Origin: an uncultured Intrasporangiaceae bacterium
GTDB taxonomy: Bacteria > Actinomycetota > Actinomycetes > Actinomycetales > Dermatophilaceae
Assembly: GCA_964558825.1 (NCBI GenBank)
Contig: CAZLGB010000001.1
Location: 1 to 59,012, forward strand
Length of the DNA: 59,012 bases
Direction: 5' to 3'
Part shown: one piece after another, positions 21,607 through 34,792 of the stretch
How positions within the stretch are numbered: position 1 is the first letter of the stretch
Layout: each line of letters opens with the position of its first letter
Position numbers and translations under genes: made by a program
Notes under the pieces: generated by a model
Database searches by the model: none
The model's input: the letters and a program-made list of their open reading frames with translations, nothing else
What the model was told of the DNA's origin: nothing

Positions 21607-22620
21607 TCAGCTCAGCCGCACGCGCGGGTCGATGACGCCGTAGAGGACGTCGACGACGAGGTTGGCCACGACGATGAACGAGGACGCCACCAGCACGATC
21701 CCGACGATGAGCGGCAGGTCGGTCTCGAGGATGGCCCGCACCGCGGTGTAGCCGAGCCCGCGGAAGGTGAAGACCTGCTCGGTGATGACCGCGCCGCCGA
21801 GCAGACCACCGAGGTCCATGCCGGCGGCGGTGACGATCGGGGTGAGCGCGGCGCGCAGCCCGTGACGACGGATGACCGTGCTCTCCTTGACGCCCTTGGC
21901 CCGGGCGGTGCGGATGTAGTCCTCGGACATCGTCTCGAGCATGTAGGCGCGGGTGAGCCGCACGTAGGAGGCGGCGAAGATGCACGCCAGGGTGATCGCG
22001 GGAAGGATCAGGCCCTGCGCCCACACCAGCGGATTCTCGGTGAACGGCGTGTAGGTCGGATAGGGCACGAGCTTGAACTGGATCGCGACGAAGACCAGCA
22101 GCAGCTGCCCGATGAAGAAGGTCGGCAACGAATAGCCGACGAGGGCGAGCCCGACCATGAGGCGGTCGATCCACTTCCCTCGGTTGAGCGCCGCGACGAT
22201 GCCGCCGACGATGCCGACGACCATCCACAGGACGAAGGCGCTCAGGGCGATCGACGCGGAGACCGGCAGGGCCGATCCGATGATGTCGCGGACGGTCTTG
22301 TTGCTCACCCGCGAATAGCCCAGGCACGGGGCCTCGCACGTGGTGACGATGTCCGGGGACTTGGCCTGCAGCTCCGGGTCGTCGGGGAACTTGCGGTCGA
22401 CGAACAGGCCCTGGAGGAACTTGCCGTATTGCACGATGACCGGCTTGTCGTAGCCGAGGGCCTTGCGGTTGCCCTCGATGACCGCAGGGGTGCAGTTCTT
22501 GGCGCAGGTCAGTCGCGCCGGGTCCTCTGGCGCAGCGAAGAAGAGCAGGAAGGTCGCCAGGCTGATGACCAGCAACATGACGACGACGGACACCAGCCGC
22601 CGGAGGATGTAGAAGAACAC
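21607..22620 (-). CDS. ABC transporter permease (OppB/DppB type)
   Basis: MFFYILRRLVSVVVMLLVIS N-terminus and the EDYIRTARAKG EAA loop typical of OppB/DppB permeases. Confidence 0.9.
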   Translation of the reverse strand: MFFYILRRLVSVVVMLLVISLATFLLFFAAPEDPARLTCAKNCTPAVIEGNRKALGYDKPVIVQYGKFLQGLFVDRKFPDDPELQAKSPDIVTTCEAPCLGYSRVSNKTVRDIIGSALPVSASIALSAFVLWMVVGIVGGIVAALNRGKWIDRLMVGLALVGYSLPTFFIGQLLLVFVAIQFKLVPYPTYTPFTENPLVWAQGLILPAITLACIFAASYVRLTRAYMLETMSEDYIRTARAKGVKESTVIRRHGLRAALTPIVTAAGMDLGGLLGGAVITEQVFTFRGLGYTAVRAILETDLPLIVGIVLVASSFIVVANLVVDVLYGVIDPRVRLS

Positions 22621-22698
22621 GCTGCGCCGACCCGGAACTCCGGGTCCTCACCTGCCTTCCGCTCGCCGAGGGCCGATCGGCCCGTATGCCGTGGTGCG

Positions 22699-22735
22699 CC
22701 GTGCTGCCCGCCCTGAGTGAGGGCGGGCAGCACGG
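22699..22735 (-). terminator. Intercistronic stem-loop: 15-bp perfect stem, 7-nt loop
   Basis: CCGTGCTGCCCGCCC-TGAGTGA-GGGCGGGCAGCACGG, located between the substrate-binding gene and the OppB-type permease. No U-tract, so it may act as an attenuator or mRNA stabiliser rather than a full terminator. Confidence 0.6.
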
Positions 22736-22750
22736 TCACGCTAGGTGGTT

Positions 22751-22780
22751 GGTGGGGCCGGCGACGCTGCCGGCCCCACC
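22751..22780 (-). terminator. Intercistronic stem-loop: 12-bp perfect stem, 6-nt loop
   Basis: GGTGGGGCCGGC-GACGCT-GCCGGCCCCACC, 18 nt downstream of the stop codon of the substrate-binding gene. Confidence 0.6.
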
Positions 22781-22797
22781 GGGTCACTGCACCAGGA

Positions 22798-24525
22798 TCA
22801 CTTCACCGAGATCCGGGCGAGGTCGACGTAACCGCCCATGAGCGGGTTGACCTCGAAGTTCTTCACCTGCGAGCCGTAGGTGAAGGTGAACTTCTGGTTG
22901 ACCAGCGGGATGGTGCCGACCTTCTTGGCGATCATCTCGTCGATGTCACCCCAGGCCTTCTCGCGAGCGGTCGCATCGGCGATGGCGTAGGCCTTGTCGA
23001 TGGCGGCGTTGACGTCAGCGTCGTTGAAGTAGCCGTAGTCCTGGCCCGAACCACCGGCGCTGATGTTGACGCGCCCGTCGAGCAGAGCCGGCAGGACCGT
23101 CGAACCCGACGGCCAGTCGGCGCCCCAGCCGGCCCAGAAGGCGTCCTTCGTGGCGTAGGCGGGGCCCTGGATGGTGGCGTAGTACTTCTGGGTCAGCGGC
23201 TCCAGCGTGACGTTGAAGCCCGCCTTGTCCCAGGTCTCCTTCATCGCGGCGAACGCCTTGTCCGAGCTTGGACGCGAGCGGTAGACCACGGTGATGTTGA
23301 CCGGCATGGGCAGCCCGGAAGCGGTCAGCGCGGCCTTGGCAGCGTCGACGTCACCGGCGTCCTTGAGGCCGAGCGGGTTGAAGTCCTTGTAGCAGGGCAG
23401 GTCCTTGTTGCACATGGCGTTGGTCGGGATCATGACCTGCGAGCCACCCCATGCGGTGATGTAGGCGGTCTTGTTGGTCGCGAGCGCGAACGCCTCGCGC
23501 GCCTTCTGGTTGGAGAAGACGGCGCTCTTGAAGTTGGGCTGCAGGTAGTCGACGTACGGCGCGCCCGGGTTGGCGGTGCGTGCGGCGACCTTGGGGTCAG
23601 CCAACAACGGCAGCTTGGCCGGCGGGGCAGAGCCCTCGGTGACCATCATCTGGTCGTTGCCCGAGTCGGCGATCAGCCGCTCGTAGATGGTGTCACCCTG
23701 CACACCCAGGTCGTACTGGATGACGTCGGGGTAGGCCATGCGGACCGTGTCGGTGCTGGCGTCCCAGTTGGTGTTGCGGACGAACTTGCCGCCCTTGTCC
23801 TTGTCGAAGGTGCCCTCGAGCTTGTAGGGGCCATCCGAGAAGATCGCGTAGTCGGAGTCGGCACCCTTGTCCTTGTCGGCACGGAAGGGGGCGTAGGCCG
23901 TCAGACCGGCGGTGGCGACGTTGAAGTCGGTCCACGGGGTCTTCATGCGGATCGTGATGGTCTTGCCCTCACAGGTCACGGCCTTGTCGAACAGCGCCTG
24001 GCCGACCTTGGTGTAGGGGCCCTTGTAGCTCGAGGAGCCGTCGGCGTCCGACGGGACATCGAGGAAGGTGATGATGTAGTTGGGACCGCCGGTGATGACG
24101 TCCTGGGCGAAGGTCCGCGAGAGGCCGTACTTGACGTCCTCACACTTGATGTCCTGCCCGTCCTCCCACTTGACGCCGTCCTTGAGGGTGAACTTCCAGG
24201 TCTTGCCGCCGTCGGACATGGTGCCCGTGTCGGTGGCGAGGTCCGGCACGATCTTGGCGTCCTTGCCGGCCGTGTACATCGTCAGACCACGGATGAAGGT
24301 GCGGCTGGCGAACTCGATGTCCGCGCCGATGTAGATCCGCTGCGGGTCCCAGTGCTCCTGGGGGCCCAGGTTGACCATGTAGAGGGTGCCGCCCTTGGCG
24401 CCGGCGGCCGCTGCCCCCGAGCTGGTGGACGTCGCGGTGGTGCCGCCCGTCGAGCACGCTCCCGCGGCAAGCGCCACCGCAGCGCCGAGGGCGACGGCGA
24501 CCGCGCCCTTCTTCGTGCGCATCAT
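22798..24525 (-). CDS. ABC transporter substrate-binding lipoprotein, family 5 (Opp/Dpp type)
   Basis: Signal peptide with lipobox (LAAGAC). Start ATGATG at 24525 preceded by AAGGAG. Family-5 core (DLATDTG..DGGKTWKFTLKDGVKWEDG). Confidence 0.9.
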   Translation of the reverse strand: MMRTKKGAVAVALGAAVALAAGACSTGGTTATSTSSGAAAAGAKGGTLYMVNLGPQEHWDPQRIYIGADIEFASRTFIRGLTMYTAGKDAKIVPDLATDTGTMSDGGKTWKFTLKDGVKWEDGQDIKCEDVKYGLSRTFAQDVITGGPNYIITFLDVPSDADGSSSYKGPYTKVGQALFDKAVTCEGKTITIRMKTPWTDFNVATAGLTAYAPFRADKDKGADSDYAIFSDGPYKLEGTFDKDKGGKFVRNTNWDASTDTVRMAYPDVIQYDLGVQGDTIYERLIADSGNDQMMVTEGSAPPAKLPLLADPKVAARTANPGAPYVDYLQPNFKSAVFSNQKAREAFALATNKTAYITAWGGSQVMIPTNAMCNKDLPCYKDFNPLGLKDAGDVDAAKAALTASGLPMPVNITVVYRSRPSSDKAFAAMKETWDKAGFNVTLEPLTQKYYATIQGPAYATKDAFWAGWGADWPSGSTVLPALLDGRVNISAGGSGQDYGYFNDADVNAAIDKAYAIADATAREKAWGDIDEMIAKKVGTIPLVNQKFTFTYGSQVKNFEVNPLMGGYVDLARISVK

Positions 24526-24654
24526 GCAATCTCCTTGTTGTGCACTACCCGCCGCTGCAGCGACGGTCCGAGTCGCAACGGTTGTTGCGACCTGATCCAC
24601 ACCGGCCCCTCCTTGTGGCGCCGGTGAGACTGTTGCGCTCGTGCGCAGCACGCG

Positions 24655-25728
24655 TCACGAACGACCCGCCTTCGGGTCGAGGGCATCGCGCAGCCCATCG
24701 CCCAGCAGGTTGAGGGACAGGACGATGAGGAACACCGTCATGCCGGGGAAGAAGAAGAAGGCCGGGTCGACCCGGGCATAGGCGACCGAGTCGTTGAGGA
24801 TCGCCCCGAGCGAGGCGGTCGGTGGCGTGACACTGACGCCGAGGAAGCCCAGCGACGCCTCCGCCGAGATATTGGCCGGGAGGATGAGCGTCGTGTAGAC
24901 GAGGATCGGTGCCCACAGGTGGGGCAGCAGCTCCTTGAAATAGATGCGTCCGGGCCGCGCGCCGAGCGACTTGGCCGCCTCGACGAACTCGCGCTCGCGC
25001 AGCGACAGGACCTGACCACGCACGACGCGGGCGAAGAAGGGGAAGCCGAAGACACCGAGGACAAGGGCGATGAAGGTGATCTTGGCCCGGTTGTCCGACT
25101 CGGGGACGCCCATGACACCGGCGATCCGCGACACCAGCACGACCGACAGCGACAGCAGCATGACCGTGCTCGGGAAGGACAGCACCAGGTCGAGCAACCG
25201 GCTGATCCACCAGTCGAGCCGGCCCCGGGCATAGCCGGAGATGATGCCGAGGATGGTGCCCACGACGATCGCCACGGCGGTCGCGAAGAGGGCGACGAGC
25301 ATCGAGGTCCCGATGCCGGCGACGATGCGGGAGAGCAGGTCACGCCCACTGCCTGGCTCGACCCCGAGCCAGTGGCTGCTCGACACCCCGCCGAAAGGCC
25401 CGGTGGGCATCGAGCCCAGGCCTTGGACGAGGTCGGCGTGGTTGGTGTAGGGGTCGATGAGGTGCATCGCCTGCAGCAGGGGCGACAGCGCGGCCAGCAC
25501 GACGAAGAACACCGACGCGACCAGCGCCGTCATCGTCACCTTGTCGCGCTTGAGCCTCCCTCGGATGATCTCCCACGGGGTGCGTCCCTTGATCGCGACG
25601 GCCCCGTCGACTGCGGTCGAGTCGAGCACCGGGTCGGTGCCCAACACCGCGGTGGCCTCGAGGACGTCGCCCTGGGGCTGTCCGGGTGGGAACGACACAC
25701 GTCCGGAGTCCTCGTCACTAGGGGGCAC
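24655..25728 (-). CDS. ABC transporter permease (OppC/DppC type)
   Basis: 357-aa ORF with 6 predicted TM helices and EAA-like loop EFVEAAKSLGARPGRI. GTG start. Confidence 0.9.
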   Translation of the reverse strand: MPPSDEDSGRVSFPPGQPQGDVLEATAVLGTDPVLDSTAVDGAVAIKGRTPWEIIRGRLKRDKVTMTALVASVFFVVLAALSPLLQAMHLIDPYTNHADLVQGLGSMPTGPFGGVSSSHWLGVEPGSGRDLLSRIVAGIGTSMLVALFATAVAIVVGTILGIISGYARGRLDWWISRLLDLVLSFPSTVMLLSLSVVLVSRIAGVMGVPESDNRAKITFIALVLGVFGFPFFARVVRGQVLSLREREFVEAAKSLGARPGRIYFKELLPHLWAPILVYTTLILPANISAEASLGFLGVSVTPPTASLGAILNDSVAYARVDPAFFFFPGMTVFLIVLSLNLLGDGLRDALDPKAGRS

Positions 25729-25920
25729 GCGATGTCCTCGTTGATAGGGGGCAGGGGGATGCGGATCGCAGGGATCGGCCGTTTCGCCACCTTAGACCGA
25801 CACGCCCAGGCCACGAGCGTGCCTCGCGATAATTCTCCGGATCGTGACCAACCGACTGGAGCACTTGCGGTGCCCGGCGAGGGCACCGCAAATCCCGCAG
25901 CCGGGACAGATCGGGCACCC

Positions 25921-27852
25921 TCAGCCCCGCACGCCGATGACCGCGAGGTCGGGCCATCCCCCCAGCCAGAGGTTGTCGACGTATGCCGTGACCCCGGAGC
26001 CGTGGGCGAGCAGCCGGTGGCGCTCCCCCAGCGCGATGTGAGCGCCCTGGACGGCCAGCGACGCGTCCACGCCGCCCCAGGCCGCCGCGCGCTGGGCCGG
26101 GTCGAGGATGGCGCTGGCGGCGTCGATCGCCACCGCGGCGGTCGGGTCGTTGAACGAGCCGACGTCCATGCCCGTGCCGGTCGGGGTGAGGTTGATCCGC
26201 CCGTCGAACAGGTCGGGGATCACGGCCCCACCGGACGGGAAGTCGGGGAACCACGCGGTGCGGAAGACGTCATAGGCACCGGCCGCCTCGGGCGCGGAGA
26301 TGGCGCGGTAGTAGTCGCCCGCCACCGGCACGAGGCTCACCTCGAATCCGCCCTCCGCCCAGCGCGCCGTGAGCGCGCCATAGGCCGCGTCGGCGACCGT
26401 CGAGCTGCGGTAGGCGAGCTTGACCGCGACGGGCAGGCTGACCCCGGCGGCCGTGAGGGTGGCCTTGGCAGCGGCCGGATCTCCGGCGGCTGGACGTCCG
26501 AGGGGGTTGGCGTCCGAGTGCCCGGGCACGCTGAGCGGCAGCACGGCATACGCGACGCTCATCGTCCGTCCACCGTAGGCCGCGGCAAAGGCGTCGCGGT
26601 CGGTGGCCTGCGCGAAGGCCGTGCGAACCGCGGGATTGGACATGACCGGACTCTTGAGGTTGGGCTGGAGCAACTCGACGGTCCCCGAGGCCGGCGTCGT
26701 CACCCGCGCGGCCACCGCCGGATCCGCGCCGAGGCCCGACGCGGCGCTGGTGGGCAGGTCGGCGATGCTCACTGCCGTGTCGTCGGGCGACTTGTCCTCG
26801 GTCAGTCGGGTGGCGATGCTCGCGGCCGAGAGCCCCTCACGGATCTCGATGACATCGGGCCGGGCGCGGCGCAGCGGATCGGACGCGCCGGCCCAGGCGG
26901 GGTTGCGGATCAGCCGCCCGCCGTTGCCGGTCTCCCAGGCGCCATCCAGCTGGTAGGGGCCGCAGGAGAAGATGTCGAGGATGCCGTCGGCACCGCGATC
27001 GTGGTCGGCTCGGTATGCCGCAAAAGCCGGCAGCGCGGCGATCGCGGGGAAGTCCGCCTCCGGCGCCTTGAGGCGCACGGTGAGGGTGGCGCCGTCGCAG
27101 GTCACGGCCTTGTCGAAACCGGCCTGGCCGATCTGGGCATAGGGGCCCTGGTATTCCGGTTGCTGGGCGCCACGGGCGTCGGTGACGACGGGGACGTCGA
27201 TGAGCGTGGCCGGATAGGGCGAGCCGCCGGTGAGCCGACCCCGCGCGAAGGCGCGCGCGATGCCGTATTTGACGTCGGCGCAGGTGACGGGCTGGCCGTC
27301 CTGCCAGGCCGGGCCCTGGCGCAGGGTGAAGACCCAGGTCTGCCCGCCGTCAGTGGTGCGGCCGGTGTCGGTGGCCAGGTCGCCGACGAGAGGAGTCGGC
27401 CCCGCCTGGGGCGACGTGCCGGAGGTGGCCGTGGGGGTTGCCGTGTCGGTCGGGCCCGGAGCGCTGGGACTCGCGGGGTTCGGGCTCGGGGAGCTCGGAG
27501 TCGACGTGCTCGCCGACCCGGCCGGGCTGTCCGTCCCGGTGCCGGCGGCGGTGCCAGTGCCGGTGGCCGTGCCCGTGGCAGCCGGGGCCGAGGCGCTCTC
27601 CCCCGGCGCGAGATAGCCGGTGAGCGTGCGCAGGACCGTGCGCAGGGCGACCGCCGACTCGGAGCCGGCGGACAGCCGCTGCGGATCCCAGGTGCGCACC
27701 TGCTGGTCGTCGAGCAATCGCAAGGTGCCGCCGTTGGTCGCCGTGCGCGAGGTGCTGGGTCCGGTCCCATCCGGCGGCGGGGCACTCGTGCAGGCGCCCA
27801 GCAGCACCCCCGCCGCAGTGAGCAGGACCGCCAGCCGCCCGGCATACCTCAT
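25921..27852 (-). CDS. Second family-5 ABC substrate-binding lipoprotein, with ~70-aa low-complexity insert
   Basis: Lipobox LLGAC. Paralogous to 22798-24525 (DLATDTGRTTDGGQTWVFTLRQGPAWQDG). T/G/S/P/A-rich insert at about residues 84-153. Starts 10 bp after the typA stop. Confidence 0.85.
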   Translation of the reverse strand: MRYAGRLAVLLTAAGVLLGACTSAPPPDGTGPSTSRTATNGGTLRLLDDQQVRTWDPQRLSAGSESAVALRTVLRTLTGYLAPGESASAPAATGTATGTGTAAGTGTDSPAGSASTSTPSSPSPNPASPSAPGPTDTATPTATSGTSPQAGPTPLVGDLATDTGRTTDGGQTWVFTLRQGPAWQDGQPVTCADVKYGIARAFARGRLTGGSPYPATLIDVPVVTDARGAQQPEYQGPYAQIGQAGFDKAVTCDGATLTVRLKAPEADFPAIAALPAFAAYRADHDRGADGILDIFSCGPYQLDGAWETGNGGRLIRNPAWAGASDPLRRARPDVIEIREGLSAASIATRLTEDKSPDDTAVSIADLPTSAASGLGADPAVAARVTTPASGTVELLQPNLKSPVMSNPAVRTAFAQATDRDAFAAAYGGRTMSVAYAVLPLSVPGHSDANPLGRPAAGDPAAAKATLTAAGVSLPVAVKLAYRSSTVADAAYGALTARWAEGGFEVSLVPVAGDYYRAISAPEAAGAYDVFRTAWFPDFPSGGAVIPDLFDGRINLTPTGTGMDVGSFNDPTAAVAIDAASAILDPAQRAAAWGGVDASLAVQGAHIALGERHRLLAHGSGVTAYVDNLWLGGWPDLAVIGVRG

Positions 27853-27862
27853 CGCACGGGCC

Positions 27863-29785
<1,923 letters not shown>

Positions 29786-29810
29786 AAGGGTCAGTCTCTC
29801 AGCAACCTGC

Positions 29811-30251
<441 letters not shown>

Positions 30252-30259
30252 CTCCGAGC

Positions 30260-31270
30260 TCAGAGCTCGTGGCCGACGAGGGTCGCGGCGAGCACGGCCT
30301 TGATCGTGTGCATGCGGTTTTCGCTCTGGTCGAAGACGATCGAGGCCGGCGACTCGAAGACCTCGTCGGTCACCTCCATCGCCTCGATGCCGAACTCGGC
30401 GAAGATCCGCTGCCCGACGAGGGTCTGGGTGTTGTGGAAGGACGGCAGGCAGTGCATGAACTTGGCGTCGGGGTTGCCGGTGGAGCGCATGACATCGGTC
30501 GTCACCTGATAAGGGGTCAGCAGCTCGATGCGCTCGGCCCACACCGACTGGTCCTCGCCCATCGACACCCACACATCGGTGTGGACGTAGTCGACCCCGC
30601 GCACGCCCTCGTCGACCGACTCGGTCAGCGTGATCTGCGCGCCGGTCTGCTCGGCCAATCGCCTTGCGTGGCCGACGATTTCGTCGGTGGGCCAGAGCGA
30701 GCGAGGGGCGACGATCCGCACGTCCATGCCCGACATCGCGCCGGCGACGAGCAGCGAGTTGCCCATGTTGTAGCGGGCGTCGCCGAGATAGGCGTAGGCG
30801 ATCTGCTCGGCCGGCTTGGGCGAGTGCTCGACCATGGTGACGATGTCGCAGAGTGCCTGCGTCGGGTGCCAGGTGTCGGTGAGGCCGTTGTAGACCGGCA
30901 CCCCGGCATACGCCGCGAGGGTCTCGCAGTCGGCGTGGCGCGACCCGCGGAACTCGATGGCGTCGTAGAGGCGACCGAGCACCCGGCCGGTGTCGGCGAA
31001 GGACTCCTTGTGACCGATCTGGCTGCCCTGCGGGTCGAGATAGGTCAGCTGGGCGCCGAGGTGATGGGCGGCGACCTCGAAGGCGCAGCGGGTGCGGGTC
31101 GAGGTCTTCTCGAAGATCAGCGCGATGGACTTGCCGACGAGCATGCGCTCCTCGCGCCCCTCGCGGCGGGCGGCCTTGAGCCGCTCGGTGAGCGCGACCA
31201 GCCCCATCCACTCCTGCGGGGTGAAGTCGATCTCCTTGACGAAGTGCCGGTTGCTGAGGTCCAGACCCAT
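30260..31270 (-). CDS. argF: Ornithine carbamoyltransferase
   Basis: FEKTSTRTR carbamoyl-phosphate motif, HPTQAL, DVWVSMG and HCLPSFH motifs. Start at the internal ATG 31270. Confidence 0.85.
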   Translation of the reverse strand: MGLDLSNRHFVKEIDFTPQEWMGLVALTERLKAARREGREERMLVGKSIALIFEKTSTRTRCAFEVAAHHLGAQLTYLDPQGSQIGHKESFADTGRVLGRLYDAIEFRGSRHADCETLAAYAGVPVYNGLTDTWHPTQALCDIVTMVEHSPKPAEQIAYAYLGDARYNMGNSLLVAGAMSGMDVRIVAPRSLWPTDEIVGHARRLAEQTGAQITLTESVDEGVRGVDYVHTDVWVSMGEDQSVWAERIELLTPYQVTTDVMRSTGNPDAKFMHCLPSFHNTQTLVGQRIFAEFGIEAMEVTDEVFESPASIVFDQSENRMHTIKAVLAATLVGHEL

Positions 31271-31302
31271 GACCCGAGGGTATGCCGTGCTGCGCCCGCG
31301 CC

Positions 31303-31770
31303 TCAGGCCGGTCCACCCATCGTCGGCGGGGTCGGGCGGATGGCCCGCCGGTCGCGCTCCATCCACATCACCGGATTGGCCAGCGGCTCGAAGCCCAGCC
31401 GGGCGTAGACCTCGTGAGCGTCCCTCGTGGCCAACACCATTCGCGTGACCCCCTCGCCCTCCAGCGCCTCGACGAGCGAGCCGACGAGCCAGCCGCCGAG
31501 CCCCTCGCCGCGGCACTCGGGGGCGATATAGACGTCGCAGATCCAGGCGAAGGTCGCCCGGTCGGTCACGGCGCGCGCGACGCCGACCTGCTCACCCGGC
31601 ATACCCCTGCCGTCGTCGCGATAGGCGCCGAGGACGAGCGAGCCGTCGATGGAGCGCTCGACGGTCTCGCGCGGCCGGCCGAGCGACCAATAGGCATCAC
31701 CGGACAACCAGGCGAAGACCCGATCGCGGTCGAGGTGAGCCGGGTCGGAGCTGAGGACATAGCCGTGCAT
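31303..31770 (-). CDS. GNAT family N-acetyltransferase
   Basis: 155-aa ORF with the [21 protein letters not shown] acetyl-CoA motif. Start at the internal ATG 31770. Confidence 0.75.
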   Translation of the reverse strand: MHGYVLSSDPAHLDRDRVFAWLSGDAYWSLGRPRETVERSIDGSLVLGAYRDDGRGMPGEQVGVARAVTDRATFAWICDVYIAPECRGEGLGGWLVGSLVEALEGEGVTRMVLATRDAHEVYARLGFEPLANPVMWMERDRRAIRPTPPTMGGPA

Positions 31771-31826
31771 GGCGTCATCCTGCCGGACCGCGCCCGGTGG
31801 ACGGTCCGGCAGGCTGGGGCTCGGCG

Positions 31827-33149
31827 CTACTTCGTCAGCACGCGCGCCAGCGCCGCCGCGAGCCGGCCGGGCTCGCGCTCCCGCAGCTCGTAGCGCGCGC
31901 GGACGATCGGCTTGGACACCGACAGCACCCGGGTGAGATCGATCGGCGTGCCGCTGACGATGGCATCGGCCGGGGTCGCCTCCAGGGTCGCGACGAGGTC
32001 GCGGATCTGGTCGGCGGAGTAGCCCATCGCCGGCAGGATCCCCTTGGCGTTGGGGTACTTCGCATAGGTCGCGGCGATGCTGCCCACGGCATACGGGGTG
32101 GGGTCGACGATGCTGTGCACGCGTGCGGCGCTCGCGCCCACGACACCCGCCCCGAAGGTCATCGAGCCGTGGGTGAGCGTCGGGCCGTCCTCGACGACGA
32201 TGACGTCCTTGCCGGCCACCGAAGCCGGGTCCTCGACGGTCACCGGGCTGTCGCAGCGGTGGATCTCGGCGCCGGGATTCATCTCGCGCACCGAGGCCTC
32301 GACGGCAGCGATGTCCTCGGGGCGAGCCGCATCGCACTTGTTGACGATGAGCAGGTCGGCCATGCGGACGTTGGCCTCGCCGGGGTGATAGCGCCGCTCG
32401 TCGCCGGGGCGCAGCGGGTCGACGAGGCAGACGTGCAGATCGGGCTGATAGAAGGGCAGGTCGTTGTTGCCGCCGTCCCAGAGGATGACGTCGGCCTCCT
32501 GCTCGGCGGCCCGCAGGATCTGCTCGTAGTCGACGCCGGCATAGACGATGCACCCGGCGTCGAGGTGCGGCTCGTATTCCTCGCGCTCCTCGATCGTGCA
32601 GTCGTAACGGTCCAGATCGGCATACGTCGCGAAGCGCTGGCAGACCTGCGCGGCGAGGTCGCCGTAAGGCATCGGGTGGCGCACGGCGACGACGCGCAGC
32701 CCCTGCTCACGCAACAGCCGGGCGAGATAACGCGTGGTCTGGCTCTTGCCGACGCCGGTGCGCACGGCGGTCACCGCGACGACGGGCTTCGTCGAGCGGA
32801 GCATCGTATGCCGGCCGCTGAGCATCGTGAAATCTGCTCCGGCAGCTAGGCATTGGCTCGCCAGGTGCATGACCCGCTCGTGAGGGACATCGGAGTAGGC
32901 GAAGACGGCGAGGTCGACGCCCTGGCTCTCGATGAGCTCGACGACGGTGCTCTCCTCGACGATGGGGATGCCCTCGGGATAGAGCGGCCCCGCGAGCTCG
33001 GGCGGATAGCGGCGGTCGGCGATGTCGGGGATCTGGGTCGCGGTGAACGCGACGACCCGGTAGTCCGGATCGGAGCGATAGACGACGTTGACGTTGTGGA
33101 AGTCACGTCCGGCGGCTCCCAGGACCACGACCGTGCGAGGGCTGGTCAT
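31827..33149 (-). CDS. COG2403-type predicted GTPase / cyclic 2,3-diphosphoglycerate synthetase-like protein
   Basis: 440 aa. P-loop VTAVRTGVGKSQT and overall resemblance to the cDPG-synthetase-like family. ATG 33149 preceded by AAGGAG. Confidence 0.65.
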   Translation of the reverse strand: MTSPRTVVVLGAAGRDFHNVNVVYRSDPDYRVVAFTATQIPDIADRRYPPELAGPLYPEGIPIVEESTVVELIESQGVDLAVFAYSDVPHERVMHLASQCLAAGADFTMLSGRHTMLRSTKPVVAVTAVRTGVGKSQTTRYLARLLREQGLRVVAVRHPMPYGDLAAQVCQRFATYADLDRYDCTIEEREEYEPHLDAGCIVYAGVDYEQILRAAEQEADVILWDGGNNDLPFYQPDLHVCLVDPLRPGDERRYHPGEANVRMADLLIVNKCDAARPEDIAAVEASVREMNPGAEIHRCDSPVTVEDPASVAGKDVIVVEDGPTLTHGSMTFGAGVVGASAARVHSIVDPTPYAVGSIAATYAKYPNAKGILPAMGYSADQIRDLVATLEATPADAIVSGTPIDLTRVLSVSKPIVRARYELREREPGRLAAALARVLTK

Positions 33150-33271
33150 GCGCACTCCTTGGCTGGGTCGACCACCGCCGCCGGGGCGCCCTGCTGGCCT
33201 CCCGACCGTGGGACCCGCCACCTCCACTCTCGCCTCGGGTCGGCGCGGTGACGGGGACCTTCGACCCGCGT

Positions 33272-34792
33272 CTAGCCCTCGCGGCTCGGGTCGTCAGGCT
33301 GCCGGGCGGGATGGGTGCTCGCGTGCCCGTGTCCATGCCCGTGTCCATCGTGCGGGTGAGCCGGGTGCTCGGGGACGACGGCATGGTGGGCAGCTCGGGC
33401 GGCCTCGAGCTCGACTTGCAGCTCGGCGCAGCGTCGCTGGCCGAGCGGATAGCTGCGGGCGATCACCCAGGCGATGCCCATGAGGAGCACGACGGTGACG
33501 AGCATCGTCATGCGGATGCCGATCAGCGCGCTCTCGGGTTGGGTGAGGTGTTCGCGGCCCCCCGGCGAGTGCCGATAGCCGGTGAACTCCAGCACCCAGC
33601 CGACGATGAAGGTCGCGAGCGCGGAGGCGAGGGTGCGCACGAGGACCATGACGCCGGAATACGAGCCGGCGTTGCGCGTGCCCTGTCGGACCTCGCCGTC
33701 GTCGACGACGTCGGGGAACATCACCCACACCATGACCTGAGCCGCCGCGAGCCCGACCGCGAAGACGCCCGCGAGGACGTAGACCGGCCAGGTCGGCCAC
33801 CCGTGCGGGTAGAGCGCGATGCCGACCATCGCGACCATGCTCACGGGTATGCCGGTGTAGTAGATGACGTTCTTGTCGACCCGGGCCACGAGCCGCATGA
33901 GCAGCGGCACCATGACGAGGGTGACGGCGGCGAAGACCCCGGAGAAGAGCCGCACGTCGGCCGGGACGACGTAGAGGACGTAGTAGATGATCACCGCGGT
34001 GACGATGTCGATGGTGATCGCCGGGCAGACGTACATCGCCGTGAGCCGGCGGAAACTCGGGACCCGGAAGGGCGAGACGACCACCGCGAGGTTGAAGTGG
34101 TCGGGCTCCTCGGCCACCGGCGCCCGCTCGTGGGTGAAGCGCGCGACGAGCAGCAGCGGCACGGCGAAGAAGGTGCCGAAGCCGACGAAGAGCGAGACGT
34201 AGAGACCGGTGATCGACAGGTCGTGGTCGAGGTAGGCCTTCATCAGCGAGTTCATGACGAAGGTGCAGCCCACGGCGGAGAAGGTCGCGAAGCCCAACCG
34301 CAGGACGTTGACCCGACTGCGCTCGGCGAGGTCGGTCGTCACCTCCGTCGAGAGCGAGCCATAGGGCACGGCGACGATGCTCGCGACCGTCGTCCAGACC
34401 AGGTGAGCGGCGATGACGAACCACACCTTGGCCGACTCGCTCTCCCACGAGCCGATGGGCGCCCAGAGCCCGGCCATCGCGGGCGGCAGCAGCAGCGCGC
34501 CCGCGAAGATCCACGGCCGCCGCCGTCCCCAGCGCGAGCGGGTGCGGTCGGTGATGACCCCCATGAGGGGGTGGTTGATCGCGTCCCACACCTTGGAGAC
34601 GACGATCGTCGTCCCCGCCAGGCCGGGGGCGAGCCCGACAATATTGGTCAGGTAGAACAGGTAGAGGACGGCCAGGGTGGAGGCCGCCCCGCCCCCGAAG
34701 ACGTCACCGGCGGCGAAGATCCACCGCTCGGCCCGCCCCATCGTCGCCCGTCCCAGCTGGGCGGGCGCTGGGTGAGTCGCCTCGGTGGTCAC
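33272..34792 (-). CDS. MFS transporter, GPH (glycoside-pentoside-hexuronide) family, with His/Gly-rich C-terminal tail
   Basis: 12 predicted TM helices and GPH signature DAINHPLMGVITDRTRSRWGRRRPW. C-terminus is HPAHPHDGHGHGHGHASTHP. Confidence 0.85.
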   Translation of the reverse strand: MTTEATHPAPAQLGRATMGRAERWIFAAGDVFGGGAASTLAVLYLFYLTNIVGLAPGLAGTTIVVSKVWDAINHPLMGVITDRTRSRWGRRRPWIFAGALLLPPAMAGLWAPIGSWESESAKVWFVIAAHLVWTTVASIVAVPYGSLSTEVTTDLAERSRVNVLRLGFATFSAVGCTFVMNSLMKAYLDHDLSITGLYVSLFVGFGTFFAVPLLLVARFTHERAPVAEEPDHFNLAVVVSPFRVPSFRRLTAMYVCPAITIDIVTAVIIYYVLYVVPADVRLFSGVFAAVTLVMVPLLMRLVARVDKNVIYYTGIPVSMVAMVGIALYPHGWPTWPVYVLAGVFAVGLAAAQVMVWVMFPDVVDDGEVRQGTRNAGSYSGVMVLVRTLASALATFIVGWVLEFTGYRHSPGGREHLTQPESALIGIRMTMLVTVVLLMGIAWVIARSYPLGQRRCAELQVELEAARAAHHAVVPEHPAHPHDGHGHGHGHASTHPARQPDDPSREG